The notes under the pieces were generated by a model. It made no database searches. It was not told the DNA's origin and worked only from the letters and a program-made list of their open reading frames with translations. This document shows, in pieces, positions 26,639 through 36,460 of a DNA stretch of 64,000 bases (position 1 is its first letter; the number at the start of each line of letters is the position of its first letter). The translations under genes and the position numbers were made by a program. Location: positions 95,170,001 to 95,234,000 of the forward strand of contig NC_042999.1 in the NCBI RefSeq assembly GCF_006345805.1, written 5' to 3'. The stretch is from Octopus sinensis. Its lineage: Eukaryota.

Positions 26639-27087
26639 AGCCAACACTGAGATTACTAACAAAAATATAAACAAAAATATATCTTGTAGATATTTCTTCC
26701 AGAAGCAAAATAGAAGGAGTTGACATGATATAGCTTGAAACCTTTTTTGGTTCTCTCAGGAAGCCATAAAACACAAATTAAGTACTATAATGAACACATT
26801 TCAACTGTATACAAACAAGGATGGTCACTGCTTGAAAGTTTTTGATTACAGGTCCACTCCTTCAGGATAAAACAACAACCAGGGCGTCATCATCTTACCA
26901 GCCATTTATTGCCGGCAGAGGTCATGAGAACTGCATCCATTACTGGACCTGAGTTAAACTAATAAAGATACTGGTGATACAGCACATGGTTAGAATCAAT
27001 ATCATGGAAATAATAAGGATCTATTATTTGATCGTAGACAAATCTATACTCAAGAGTTATGTAAAACCTCTTCACATATAATTGTTA

Positions 27088-27297
27088 GTTTCAAATCTTG
27101 GCACAAGGCCAGCCATTTTGGGGGAGGGGTTAAGTCATTTACATCAATCCCATTGTTCAACTGGTACTTATTTTATGGACCATGAAAGGATGAAAGGCAA
27201 AGTGCACATTGGTGAAATTTGAACTCAGAATGTACAGACAGACGAAATGCCACTAAGCCTTTTATCCAGCATGCTAATGATTTTGCCAGCTCATCAC
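27088..27297 (-). mobile_element. tRNA-derived SINE, second family (gcctttcatcc...gtcgataaa..agtaccag core), CpG-decayed copy
   Basis: Aligns to the copy at 43352-43570 with most CpGs converted. Confidence 0.8.
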
Positions 27298-27828
27298 TTT
27301 AGTCACATACAGTTATTAAGGACAAGTCACATGATCTTACCAGACAGCCAGTAAGAAAGCTTAATTTTTTTTTTTTAGAATAGAGGTCTAATCTGCTTCA
27401 ACTCACACTATAGATATGCTTCATGAAGATTGAACTGGGATTAAATAGCAAGAACCATACAGCTAATACGAATAATAACAAGAATCATACAGATTGAAAG
27501 CATTTGAAATTCATGAGGTCATCTCCAATCACTAAAAAAATTGTAGAATCTGAAATCAGTCCCAGAATTTTGGGCTTTAAGATTTTAGAAAGATTAGCAC
27601 TCAAATTGTTAACCTATACTAAAATTCAAGAATTCTATAGAAACTCAGGTTATCAAATTCTGTACTTATGGAAGCTGTAAAGTAAAACAACTTATTTTAG
27701 GGTTTGGCCTGCAATTTCACCGCATAGAAACTCAGGGATGAATTATAATTATTCTAACACAATTTCAAGAATATTTAGAAGCTAAAATCAACATGTGTGT
27801 GTGTGACTGTGTGTGCATGCATAAATGT

Positions 27829-30800
27829 ATCATCATCATCATCATCATCATTTAGCGTCCGTTTTCCATGCTAGCATGGGTTGGACGGTTCAACTGGGGT
27901 CTGGGGAGCCCGAAGGCTGCACCAGGCCAGTCAGATCTGGCAGTGTTTCTACAGCTGGATGCCCTTCCTAACGCCAACCACTCCGAGAGTGTAGTGGGTG
28001 ATTTTATGTGCCACCGACACAGGTGCCAGACGAGGCTGGCGAACGGCCACGCTCGGATGGTGTTTTTATGTGCCACCGACACAGGTGCCAGACGAGGCTG
28101 GCAGACGGCCACGCTCGGATGGTGTTTTTATGTGCCACCGACACAGGTGCCAGATGAGGCTGGCGGACGGCCACGATCGGATGGTGTTTGTTACGTCCCC
28201 AAAGCACGGAGGCCAGTCTATGCGGTACTGGCTACGGCCACGTTCGGATGATTTTCTTGTGTGCCACCGGCACTGGTACCACAAAGATACAAATTCCATT
28301 TATGTTCATCTATTTTGATTTGTTTTGATTTGATTTGATTTGATTTGATTTGATTTTCACTTGCCTCAACAGGTCTTCACAAGTGTCACAAGAAGGAAGG
28401 TATGCATAGGTGGACTGTCTACGTCGCCGGGTCTTCGGATGGTGTCTTTATGTGCCACCGACACAGGTGCCAGATGTGGCTGGCGAACGGCCACGATCGG
28501 ATGGTTTTCTTGTGTGCCACCGGTACTGGAACCACAAAGATACAAATTCCATTGATGTTCATCTATTTTGATTTGGTTTGATTTTCACTTGCCTCAACAG
28601 GTCTTCACAAGTGTCACGCGTGTCACACACTTGCCTCAACAGGTCTCCACAAGTGTCACACACTTGCCTCTGCCTCAACAGGTCTTCACAAGTGTCACAC
28701 ACTTGCCTCTGCCTCAACAGGTCTTCACAAGTGTCATAAGAGGGAAGGTAAGCACAGGTGGACTGACTACGTCGCCGGGTCTTTGGATGGTGGTGGTGTT
28801 TTTATGTGCCACCGACACAGGTGCCAGGTGAGGCTGGCGAACGGCCACGATCAGATGGTGTTTGTTGTGCCCACAGCACGGAGGCCAGTCGACGGCCACG
28901 TTCGGATGGTTTTCTTGTGTGCCACCGGTACTGGAACCACAAAGATACAAATTCCATTGATATTCATCTATTTTGATTTGGTTTGATTTCACTTGCCTCA
29001 ACAGGTCTTCACAAGGGTCACACACTTGCCTCAACAGGTCTCCACAAGTGTCACACACTTGCCTCTGCCTCAACAGGTCTTCACAAGTGTCACACACTTG
29101 CCTCAACAGGTCTTCACAAGTGTCATAAGAGGGAAGGTATGCACAGGTGGACTGACTACGTCGCCGGGTCTTCGGATGGTGTCTTTATGTGCCACCGGCA
29201 CAGGTGCCAGATGAGGCTGGCGAACGGCCACGATCGGATGGTGTGTGTTGTGCCCACAGCACGGAGGCCAGTCGATGCGGTACTGGTTACGGCCACGTTT
29301 GGGTGGTTTTCTTGTGTGCCACCGGCACTGGTACCACAAAGAATACAATTCCACTGATGTTCATCTATTTTGATTTGTTTTGATTTGATTTGATTTTCAC
29401 TTGCCTCAACAGGTCTTCATAAGTGTCACAAGAAGGAAGGTATGCACAGGACTGACTACGTCCCCGGTCGGGGCCACGGGTTATGGCCTGACTAGTCTTG
29501 CCGGGTCTTCTCATGCACAGCATACTTCCATAGGTCTCGGTCTCTAGACATTTCCTTAGTGAGACCTAAAGTTCGAAGGTCGTGCTTCACCACCTCGTCC
29601 AAGGTTTTCCTGGGTCTACCTCTTCCACAGGTTCCCTCCACTGCTAGGGTGTAGCACTTTTGCACACAACTATCTTCAGCCTTTCTTGTCACATGACCAT
29701 ACCAGCGCAGCCGTCTCTCTTGCACGCCACAACTGACGCTTCTTAGGTTCAACTTTTCTCTCAAGGAACTTACACTCTGACGATTATGAACACTGACATT
29801 ACACATCCATCGGAGCATACTGGCTTCATTTCTTGCGAGCTTACGCATATCCTCAGCAGTCACGGCCCATGTTTCACTACCATGTAGCATGGCTGTACGT
29901 ACACATGCATCATACAGTCTGCCTTTTACTCTGAGCGAGAGGCCTTTTGTCACCAGCAGGGGTAAGAGCTCTCTAAACTTTGCCCAGGCTATTCTTACTC
30001 TAGCAGTTACACTTTCAGCACACCCACCCCCGCTACTGACTTGGTCTCCTAGGTAGCGGAAGCTATCAACTACTTCTAGTTTGTCTCCCTGGAACGTGGC
30101 AGAAGTTGGTCTCTGCATATTTCCAGTGTTTATTGCTCCTGAGCATTTGCCACAGACAAAAACTATTTTCCTAGTTAGCCTTCCTTTGACATTGCTGCAC
30201 CTCTTATGTGTCCATAGCTTACACTTGGTGCATCTTATAGAGTTTCTACCTACACCTTTTTTACAGATCGAGCAGGGCCATCTACCTGAAGGCGTTTGTG
30301 ATTGATCTACCTTCCTACTTATTAGAACTTTGGTTTTGGCTAGGTTGATTCTAAGGCCCTTCGATTCTAATCCTTGTTTCCACACCTGAAACTTCTCCTC
30401 CAGTTCTGATAGTGACTCAGCAATTAGAGCAAGGTCATCAGCATAGAGGAGCTCCCAGGGGCAACCTGTCTTGAATTCCTCCGTTATTGCCTGGAGGACT
30501 ATGATAAATAGGAGGGGACTGAGGACTGAACCTTGGTGGACCCCAACCTCTACCCGGAATTCTTCACTGTACTCGTTGCCAACCCTCACCTTACTAGCAG
30601 CGTCTCTGTACATGGCTTGAACAGCTCTCACCAACCATTCTTCTATCCCTAGTTTCCTCATTGACCACCAGATAAGGGACCGGGGGACCCTGTCAAAGGC
30701 TTTCTCCAAGTCAACAAAAGCCAGGTACAAGGGCTTATCTTTGGCTAGGTATTTCTCCTGCAGCTGTCTTACCAGGAATATAGCATCAGTAGTACTTTTC

Positions 30801-32478
30801 CCTGGCACGAACCCAAACTGCATATCATCTAAGGTAACTCTCTCTCTAATTAGTTGGGCTACAACCCTCTCCGTAACCTTCATTACCTGATCCAGCAGCT
30901 TGATGCCCCTGTAGTTATTTGTCTCTAGGGCGTCGCCTTTACCTTTGTAGCAGTTGACTATTATGCTGCTACACCAGTCATTGGGTATGACCCCCTCGTG
31001 TATCACCTGGTTAACTATACGGGTGACTAAGCTATAGCCGACACCACCAGATATTTTGAGCATCTCTGCAGTAATTCCTGATGGGCCTGGGGCTTTCCCT
31101 GTTTTCATGCTTCTAATTGCCTTATCTACTAAGGAACTGTTAACTCGGATTGCTGGTCCCTCTGTTGGGTCGACATTCGGCAGACTCTCTTTATCCCATT
31201 CATTTTCCTCATTCAGCAACCTTTCATAGTGGCGTCTCCAAGCTTCTCTCTTTGCATCCTCATTTAACGCAAGTGAACCATCCTCCATGCGAACACATTT
31301 CTCTCCTACCACGTCACGATTCTCTCTCACACACTGTCTTGCAACACGAAATACCTCAAGTCTTTCATCCTCACGACGCAGGACATTGGCAAATTTTTCC
31401 TTATCTGCCTCCCCTCTGGCTAGATAGACCTGTCTCCTGGCTTCCCTTCTGGCAGACTGATACACTTCCCTGCTACCACCGTTCTTCCAGGCCTTCCAAG
31501 CCTGTTTCTTTTGTCTAATAGCCCTGTCAACAATATTGTTCCACCACCACGTTATTTTGGGTCTTAAGGGGACTTTGCACCAGCCACAGATCTGGTCAGC
31601 GGCTTTCAGCAGGTTGTCCCTCAGAAGCGTCCAGTTGTCTTCTACCCCATGCGTAGCTATACTCCCTTCCATTTCGTCTAAGGCTTCAAATAACATATCT
31701 CTAAATCTCTGTCCATTCGCAGGGTCTTTAAGCTTCCAGACCCTTCTTCTCCATGTTGGTCGTCTTCTAGTCGCCCTCTTTGTCCTGATCCTAAAGTCAC
31801 TAACTACCAGTCTATGTTGTGGGGTGCATTCTTCACCTGGGAAGGTTTTGGCATTTATAAGCAGCCATCTTTCCCTTTTTCTGGCAAGGATGTAGTCGAT
31901 TTGGCTAGTATGCCGGCCCGATCGGTAGGTGACCAGGTGGCTTGTCGGTTTCCTGAAGTTAGTGTTGCAAATCATAAGACTATTCGCATCGCAGAACTCC
32001 AGCAGCCTGGTTCCCTCCTCGTTGCGGGAACCATAACCGTAGCCTCCATGTACGCCATGGAAGCCCCCAGCACGTCGTCCAACATGCCCATTGAAGTCAC
32101 CAGCCACAAAGAGAAGGTCCCTGTCGTTCGTCAATGATGTGGTCTGCAGTAGGGTGTCATAGAAACAGTCTTTCTGTCCATCAGGTAGCCCTGGCTGAGG
32201 GGCATAGGCCGATATAATAGTTGCTAAACTATGGTGGAGCACTAATCTAATCTTAATTATTCTGTCACTTACTCTGACTACCTCGATTACCTTATCTACC
32301 CATTTTTCGGCGATAAGCATGCCCACACCCCCGACTCCGTCAGTATTCCCAGCCCAGAAAATCTTGTACCTCTGTCCTTTGCCTGTGAGGAACCTAGCAG
32401 AACCTCCTCTCCACCTCACTTCTTGAATGCAGCATATATCAACCCACCTCCGTTCAAGCAATTCAACTATCTCGCCAG
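27829..32478 (-). mobile_element. Young RTE-clade LINE, 5'-truncated at the start of the endonuclease, with long repetitive 3' UTR and (GAT)n tail
   Basis: Single uninterrupted EN+RT ORF, 3' UTR at 27852-29491 and tail at 27829-27851. It is inserted in TG/TA microsatellite. Confidence 0.97.
28003..29460 (-). repeat. Nested higher-order tandem repeat forming the LINE 3' UTR
   Basis: 62-bp unit x3 (28003-28188). A large unit starts at 28128, 28448, 28801 and 29184. A 32-38-bp unit (cacttgcctcaacaggtcttcacaagtgtcaca) occurs 1, 4, 4 and 1 times within them. Confidence 0.95.
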
Positions 32479-32479
32479 A
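29492..32479 (-). CDS. RTE LINE ORF: APE endonuclease + reverse transcriptase with internal PHD finger (~995 aa, N-terminus missing)
   Basis: EN motifs CCIQE, GDFNGH, SQIDYIL, PQHRLV. RT motifs NYRGIKLL, QFGF, FVDLEKAFDRV, HQGSVLSP, YADD, FRYLG. C-terminal GRGRPRKT. The first 23 aa of the tracked ORF come from microsatellite. Confidence 0.97.
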   Translation of the reverse strand, partial: SGEIVELLERRWVDICCIQEVRWRGGSARFLTGKGQRYKIFWAGNTDGVGGVGMLIAEKWVDKVIEVVRVSDRIIKIRLVLHHSLATIISAYAPQPGLPDGQKDCFYDTLLQTTSLTNDRDLLFVAGDFNGHVGRRAGGFHGVHGGYGYGSRNEEGTRLLEFCDANSLMICNTNFRKPTSHLVTYRSGRHTSQIDYILARKRERWLLINAKTFPGEECTPQHRLVVSDFRIRTKRATRRRPTWRRRVWKLKDPANGQRFRDMLFEALDEMEGSIATHGVEDNWTLLRDNLLKAADQICGWCKVPLRPKITWWWNNIVDRAIRQKKQAWKAWKNGGSREVYQSARREARRQVYLARGEADKEKFANVLRREDERLEVFRVARQCVRENRDVVGEKCVRMEDGSLALNEDAKREAWRRHYERLLNEENEWDKESLPNVDPTEGPAIRVNSSLVDKAIRSMKTGKAPGPSGITAEMLKISGGVGYSLVTRIVNQVIHEGVIPNDWCSSIIVNCYKGKGDALETNNYRGIKLLDQVMKVTERVVAQLIRERVTLDDMQFGFVPGKSTTDAIFLVRQLQEKYLAKDKPLYLAFVDLEKAFDRVPRSLIWWSMRKLGIEEWLVRAVQAMYRDAASKVRVGNEYSEEFRVEVGVHQGSVLSPLLFIIVLQAITEEFKTGCPWELLYADDLALIAESLSELEEKFQVWKQGLESKGLRINLAKTKVLISRKVDQSQTPSGRWPCSICKKGVGRNSIRCTKCKLWTHKRCSNVKGRLTRKIVFVCGKCSGAINTGNMQRPTSATFQGDKLEVVDSFRYLGDQVSSGGGCAESVTARVRIAWAKFRELLPLLVTKGLSLRVKGRLYDACVRTAMLHGSETWAVTAEDMRKLARNEASMLRWMCNVSVHNRQSVSSLREKLNLRSVSCGVQERRLRWYGHVTRKAEDSCVQKCYTLAVEGTCGRGRPRKTLDEVVKHDLRTLGLTKEMSRDRDLWKYAVHEKTRQD

Positions 32480-32802
32480 TATATATATATGTGTGTGTGT
32501 GTGTATGTGTATATACACATACATATATATATTTATACATATACACACATACCATTTTCAACTTTTTCTATCCTGAAGCAATTTTCAATCCAATATTTAC
32601 ATGCTATTATTTGAAGCCTTATATGTAATTTGTGATCCAGTTCTCTCAAATGATTATAAATTCTTACGCCATCAACAATATATTTATACACACACACACA
32701 CATATACACATACATATACATTTACATATTTATATATCATTTTCATCATTGTTTAACATCTGTTTTCCATGTGGGCATGGGTTATAAATATATATAAATA
32801 TA

Positions 32803-33237
32803 TCTTTATATATATAAAACTGAGAATGTGTATCTGTCTGTCTGTCTGTGTGTTTCCCTAAAACTTGAGAACTACACAACCAATTTCATTCAAATTTTAC
32901 ACATGCCTTACTTAGGGTTCATGTAGTTTCATGGGCAAAAAAAATTAAAAATACCCCTCCACCCAGAAGTAGAGGTAGGCTGGATTGTAGCCACACTTCT
33001 ATACAAGAGGGAGGACAAGATACAATTGATCGAAATTACAAGAGACGGGCTAACAATTCCGGTCTGTTATATATTTTGAGTATTGTTATCACTAGCGATA
33101 TCAAGATATAACTTTGTATTTTGTATTTTATGTGTAGATGTATATATATAGATGTACATGTAATATGTACACATATATATACACATATGTACATGCACTA
33201 GCACTATGACCCGACAATGATGGGTCTTCAATGCTAG
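32803..33237 (+). mobile_element. Non-autonomous Helitron-like element (435 bp)
   Basis: A|TC start, (CTGT)n near the 5' end, hairpin gacccg-acaatga-tgggtc (33208-33226), then CTAG|T at 33234-33238. Confidence 0.75.
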
Positions 33238-33238
33238 T

Positions 33239-33860
33239 ATAGATATATATGACATTCTAGTCTCACGCCATTTCCGCTCCACCAGTCACTCCTTGCAACA
33301 CCTGTCTGTGTTTGGATTGTCCTTGCACAGAGGCCATCCGGATTCCTGCTTGCGCTGAGAACAGGGATTAATCTTCTCTCTTCGCTCTTTTACGCCATTT
33401 GGGCTCAACTCCCCCCCTTTTTTTTCATCTAACCTCCCCCCGACTCCTACTTCTCTTCAGTCCTTCATCTTTTCACCCCTACTCTCTTTCCCTCCTCTTC
33501 CCTTCTTTCTCTTCCTCTTCTCTCCCCTCCCCTCCTCTCACTCTCCCCACAACCCCCACTCTACCCCATCCGAACCCACACCCCACACGTTTTGGAAGTC
33601 ACTTGACTCTGTTATCTCCCCTACTGTCCCTCCAGTGTCTAACATCGACCTCTGACCTCTGCCTGAAGTCAGAATGCCATGATAGATTGTTAGCTCCTAC
33701 ACACATTTTTTTCTCTCCTTGTTTTTTTTCTGTGTATCTTTCTGTCGAAGAGCATAGGCTCGAAACGTAAAAGACTTGTTCTATTTCTATTCCTGAGTGC
33801 CATACTCATACATTTGTTTTATTTGTACTCCACCTGCCTTTGTCTTTTGTTTATTTTCGT
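33239..33860 (+). mobile_element. Penelope-like element 3' end (GIY-YIG C-terminus + terminal repeat)
   Basis: VSRHFRSTSHSLQHLSVFGL...R*EQGLIFSLRSFTPFGLN matches the PLE endonuclease C-terminus (HF..HS..V.GL..EQ.LI..L....P.GLN). The terminal repeat ends at (TA)n. Confidence 0.8.
33737..33775 (+). ncRNA. Candidate variant minimal hammerhead ribozyme (PLE type)
   Basis: tcttt-CTGTCGA-a-GAGC-atag-GCTC-GAAA-CGT-A-aaaga. Stems I and II and the palindromic ACGT stem III are present, but the core has A6 replaced by U and one extra A. Confidence 0.5.
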
Positions 33861-34212
33861 AAACCTTCCCGTTATATATATATATGAGTGAGTTTGGAGG
33901 GATGTATTATCTGGCTGGGTACCGTATTAGTTCTCAGTTAAGTTCCGGTTAACAGCTAACCCCCAAAGATCAGTATTTAACATCTGTAACTACAATTAGT
34001 TGTTAGTCACTCCATAAATTCTTCTGATGGGTAATTCCATGTACTCTTCACTGGACAGTAAAAATTGTCTGGAGTATATATTGTATCAGTGGAGTATACG
34101 TTGCAACAGTGAGTTGCTACAGTGGAAGCACATGTAGGTCATTATAATATGCTGCATGTAACTATAAAATAAATTTTGTGGATGTACATGTCTTCACATT
34201 CTTTATTATTAT

Positions 34213-34278
34213 TAGTATATATATATATATATTATATATATATATATATGCATGTATATATTATATATATATATATGC

Positions 34279-34329
<51 letters not shown>

Positions 34330-34364
34330 TGTATATATATATATGCAAGTATATATATATATGC

Positions 34365-34410
<46 letters not shown>

Positions 34411-34458
34411 ATGCATATATATATATATATATATACACTCACACATATACATATACAT
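34213..34458. repeat. Compound (TA)n/(ATATGCATGT) microsatellite; representative of many others (e.g. 4020-4600, 19575-19850, 21329-21670, 38577-38640, 42350-42570, 50105-50230, 63175-63300)
   Basis: Direct reading. These tracts are the source of most Y/I/C/V/H/T-rich ORFs in the track. Confidence 0.98.
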
Positions 34459-34710
34459 TTCATGATTTTAGTTTTCAAATAGAAAATTATAAAATTCATA
34501 AGGGTAAAATTATAGGACTCATTTCAGGAGTGATTATACCTTACAATTTCCATAATTACTATATTCCACAGCCAGAGTTTCCATAATGCAGGAAATTGTA
34601 TTTTTGTATAGGCTTAGAATCTGAATGTCTGCTGTTAATATTTATATTAACATGTATATACATGCATCTCTCTCTCTCTCTCCGTTTGTATAGATATATA
34701 CATATATATA

Positions 34711-36460
34711 CCATATGTACTCAACTATAAAATGCCCTCGCCTATAAGACGCTCTTAAAATCAGGAATTTTATCATTGACCCAGCTATAAGTTGCAGCAA
34801 CTTTTTTGATGTTGGAGAGCAAAGTTCAATTAGGAATCACACTGACATAGTTGTTGCTCGGTAACTGAGCTTTCAGTACATTGAAGATGACTCTGAACAA
34901 CTGCTATCCCATTAAGTCCATGCATTTTAGAAACCTTTGTTTATAATGTAAAATCTTGTCCTTGATAACACTAGTTGGCTTGTTTATCATATTGAGACTT
35001 AATTGCCTCGATACTTTCCCTTTACTTTTTGATTTATGCCTTTCATTATTAAAACATTTTTGCAGCACTGAACACACAAAACCATGCAGTAATATGTGCC
35101 ATGATTGGAAAAAAAATGCAATAAGCTGTTTTAAATTGTAAGGAAGTGTATGAAACATTGTGACAAAAATCGAAAGAATAAACGAAGGAAGTATTGAGTT
35201 ATACTAATCATCCCTTTCACCAAATAACTGGTAAAACTCCTCGGTTATGATGGTCTCGTTGTATACACTCTGAACCTTCTCTTCACTTGCCTGATCTTCA
35301 TTAACTGACAAAGCACTGGGACTAGCATTTCTTGCACAGACGAAGTCATTATAAGTCATCTTCTGTACCATCCATGGAATTTGAGATCCCGCACTTCAAA
35401 AATGATTTCATCACAAGTCCACTCGGTATTTCAGCCAATGAATCTATCACCCACTAGCAAACAGTCTTAAGGTCAGGGTGTTCAAAGTTCCCAGTCTTTG
35501 TCATTTCCTTGTCACTATTAATCATCCATTCATTCCACTTGGCATGCATGTTCACCTTAGAAGGCTTGTTCACTGACACGTCATGTGGCTGAAGCACAGA
35601 TGTACATCTTCCTAGATTCACAGCTTGGTAGGTACAATGCTCCTTTAATCTATTTTTTTATGCTGTCAATCACATGAACCCTGAACATATCCCATACAAG
35701 AAGCAACTTTGAATTAAGCATAGTCCCTGGGTGCTTGAATCACTCATCGTTTAACCATTTCGTCAATATGGTTTCATCTACTCACCCTTTCTCCTGAACA
35801 TACACCACTATGCCCTTCGGAAACCTCTCTTTCGGGAAAGTCTTTCTTTTGAAAACAACAGCCAGGGTAAGTTTCATGCCATCAGCTATACAAACTAAAA
35901 CTGGTGTAGTGGGCCTTGTCACTGAAATTGTGTTTTTCCCTTTAACGACAACTTTCCAAGTCCAACCATATTGGGAAAAAAGGGGTGCTACGTCCATATT
36001 ACTGATTCCTTCCAAAGCAAACTCATGGCTCTTTTGTAGGTCTTTTACATACTGATAGAAGGAATCAACTTTGGTCTCTACGTCGGCAGATAATTTCTGT
36101 GTAATATGAATCCTCTGTCTCAGCCTAAGATTGTTACATTTTATAAACCTTGTACACCAGCTAGGGGATGCTTTAAAGTTGGATATACCATCTTCTTTAG
36201 TCACTTGGAGAGCCCACAATCTAATGATGTTTCTTGTGACAAGTCCATTCGTGCACAATTCAGTCACCAAGTCTCTCAAAATAGTTTCCATCTCCTTATT
36301 GGGATTGTCATATTCTAATTTTCTTTAATGATTTGATGTCACCAGATTTCATTTTCGCTTCTTTCAAAAGTAAATCTGTGACCATTTTTTCTGCAGCTCA
36401 ATTCGAATGTGACTTTGCATATTCAACAACTTTCAGCTTGAAAGTGATATCATACAAATG
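34711..36460 (-). mobile_element. Decayed pogo-superfamily (POGK/Passer-like) DNA transposon: Brinker-type DBD + CENP-B HTH + DDE_1 (DD35D)
   Basis: YDITFKLKVVEYAKSHSN*AA (36400-36455); FKASPSWCTRF..NNLRLRQR; NMDV; LLVWDMFRVH..(one +1 frameshift)..LQPHDVSVNKP. A TIR-like TA-ccatatgtactcaactataa...tataagacgc lies at 34711. The second TIR was not identified. Confidence 0.88.

Noticed and set aside
27852-29383. Overlapping ORFs in the LINE 3' UTR as a second protein
   Set aside because: They occur in many frames on both strands as a by-product of GC-rich tandem units, and indels between units break any consistent frame.
28358-29430. 32-38-bp direct repeats as a CRISPR array
   Set aside because: The repeats are directly adjacent with no unique spacers, there are no cas genes, and they lie in a eukaryotic LINE 3' UTR.
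30081-32137. + strand ORFs opposite the LINE ORF
   Set aside because: They are antisense shadows of the real coding frame.
27810-32500. Target-site duplication for the young LINE
   Set aside because: Both flanks are TG/TA microsatellite and no unique duplicated word could be identified.
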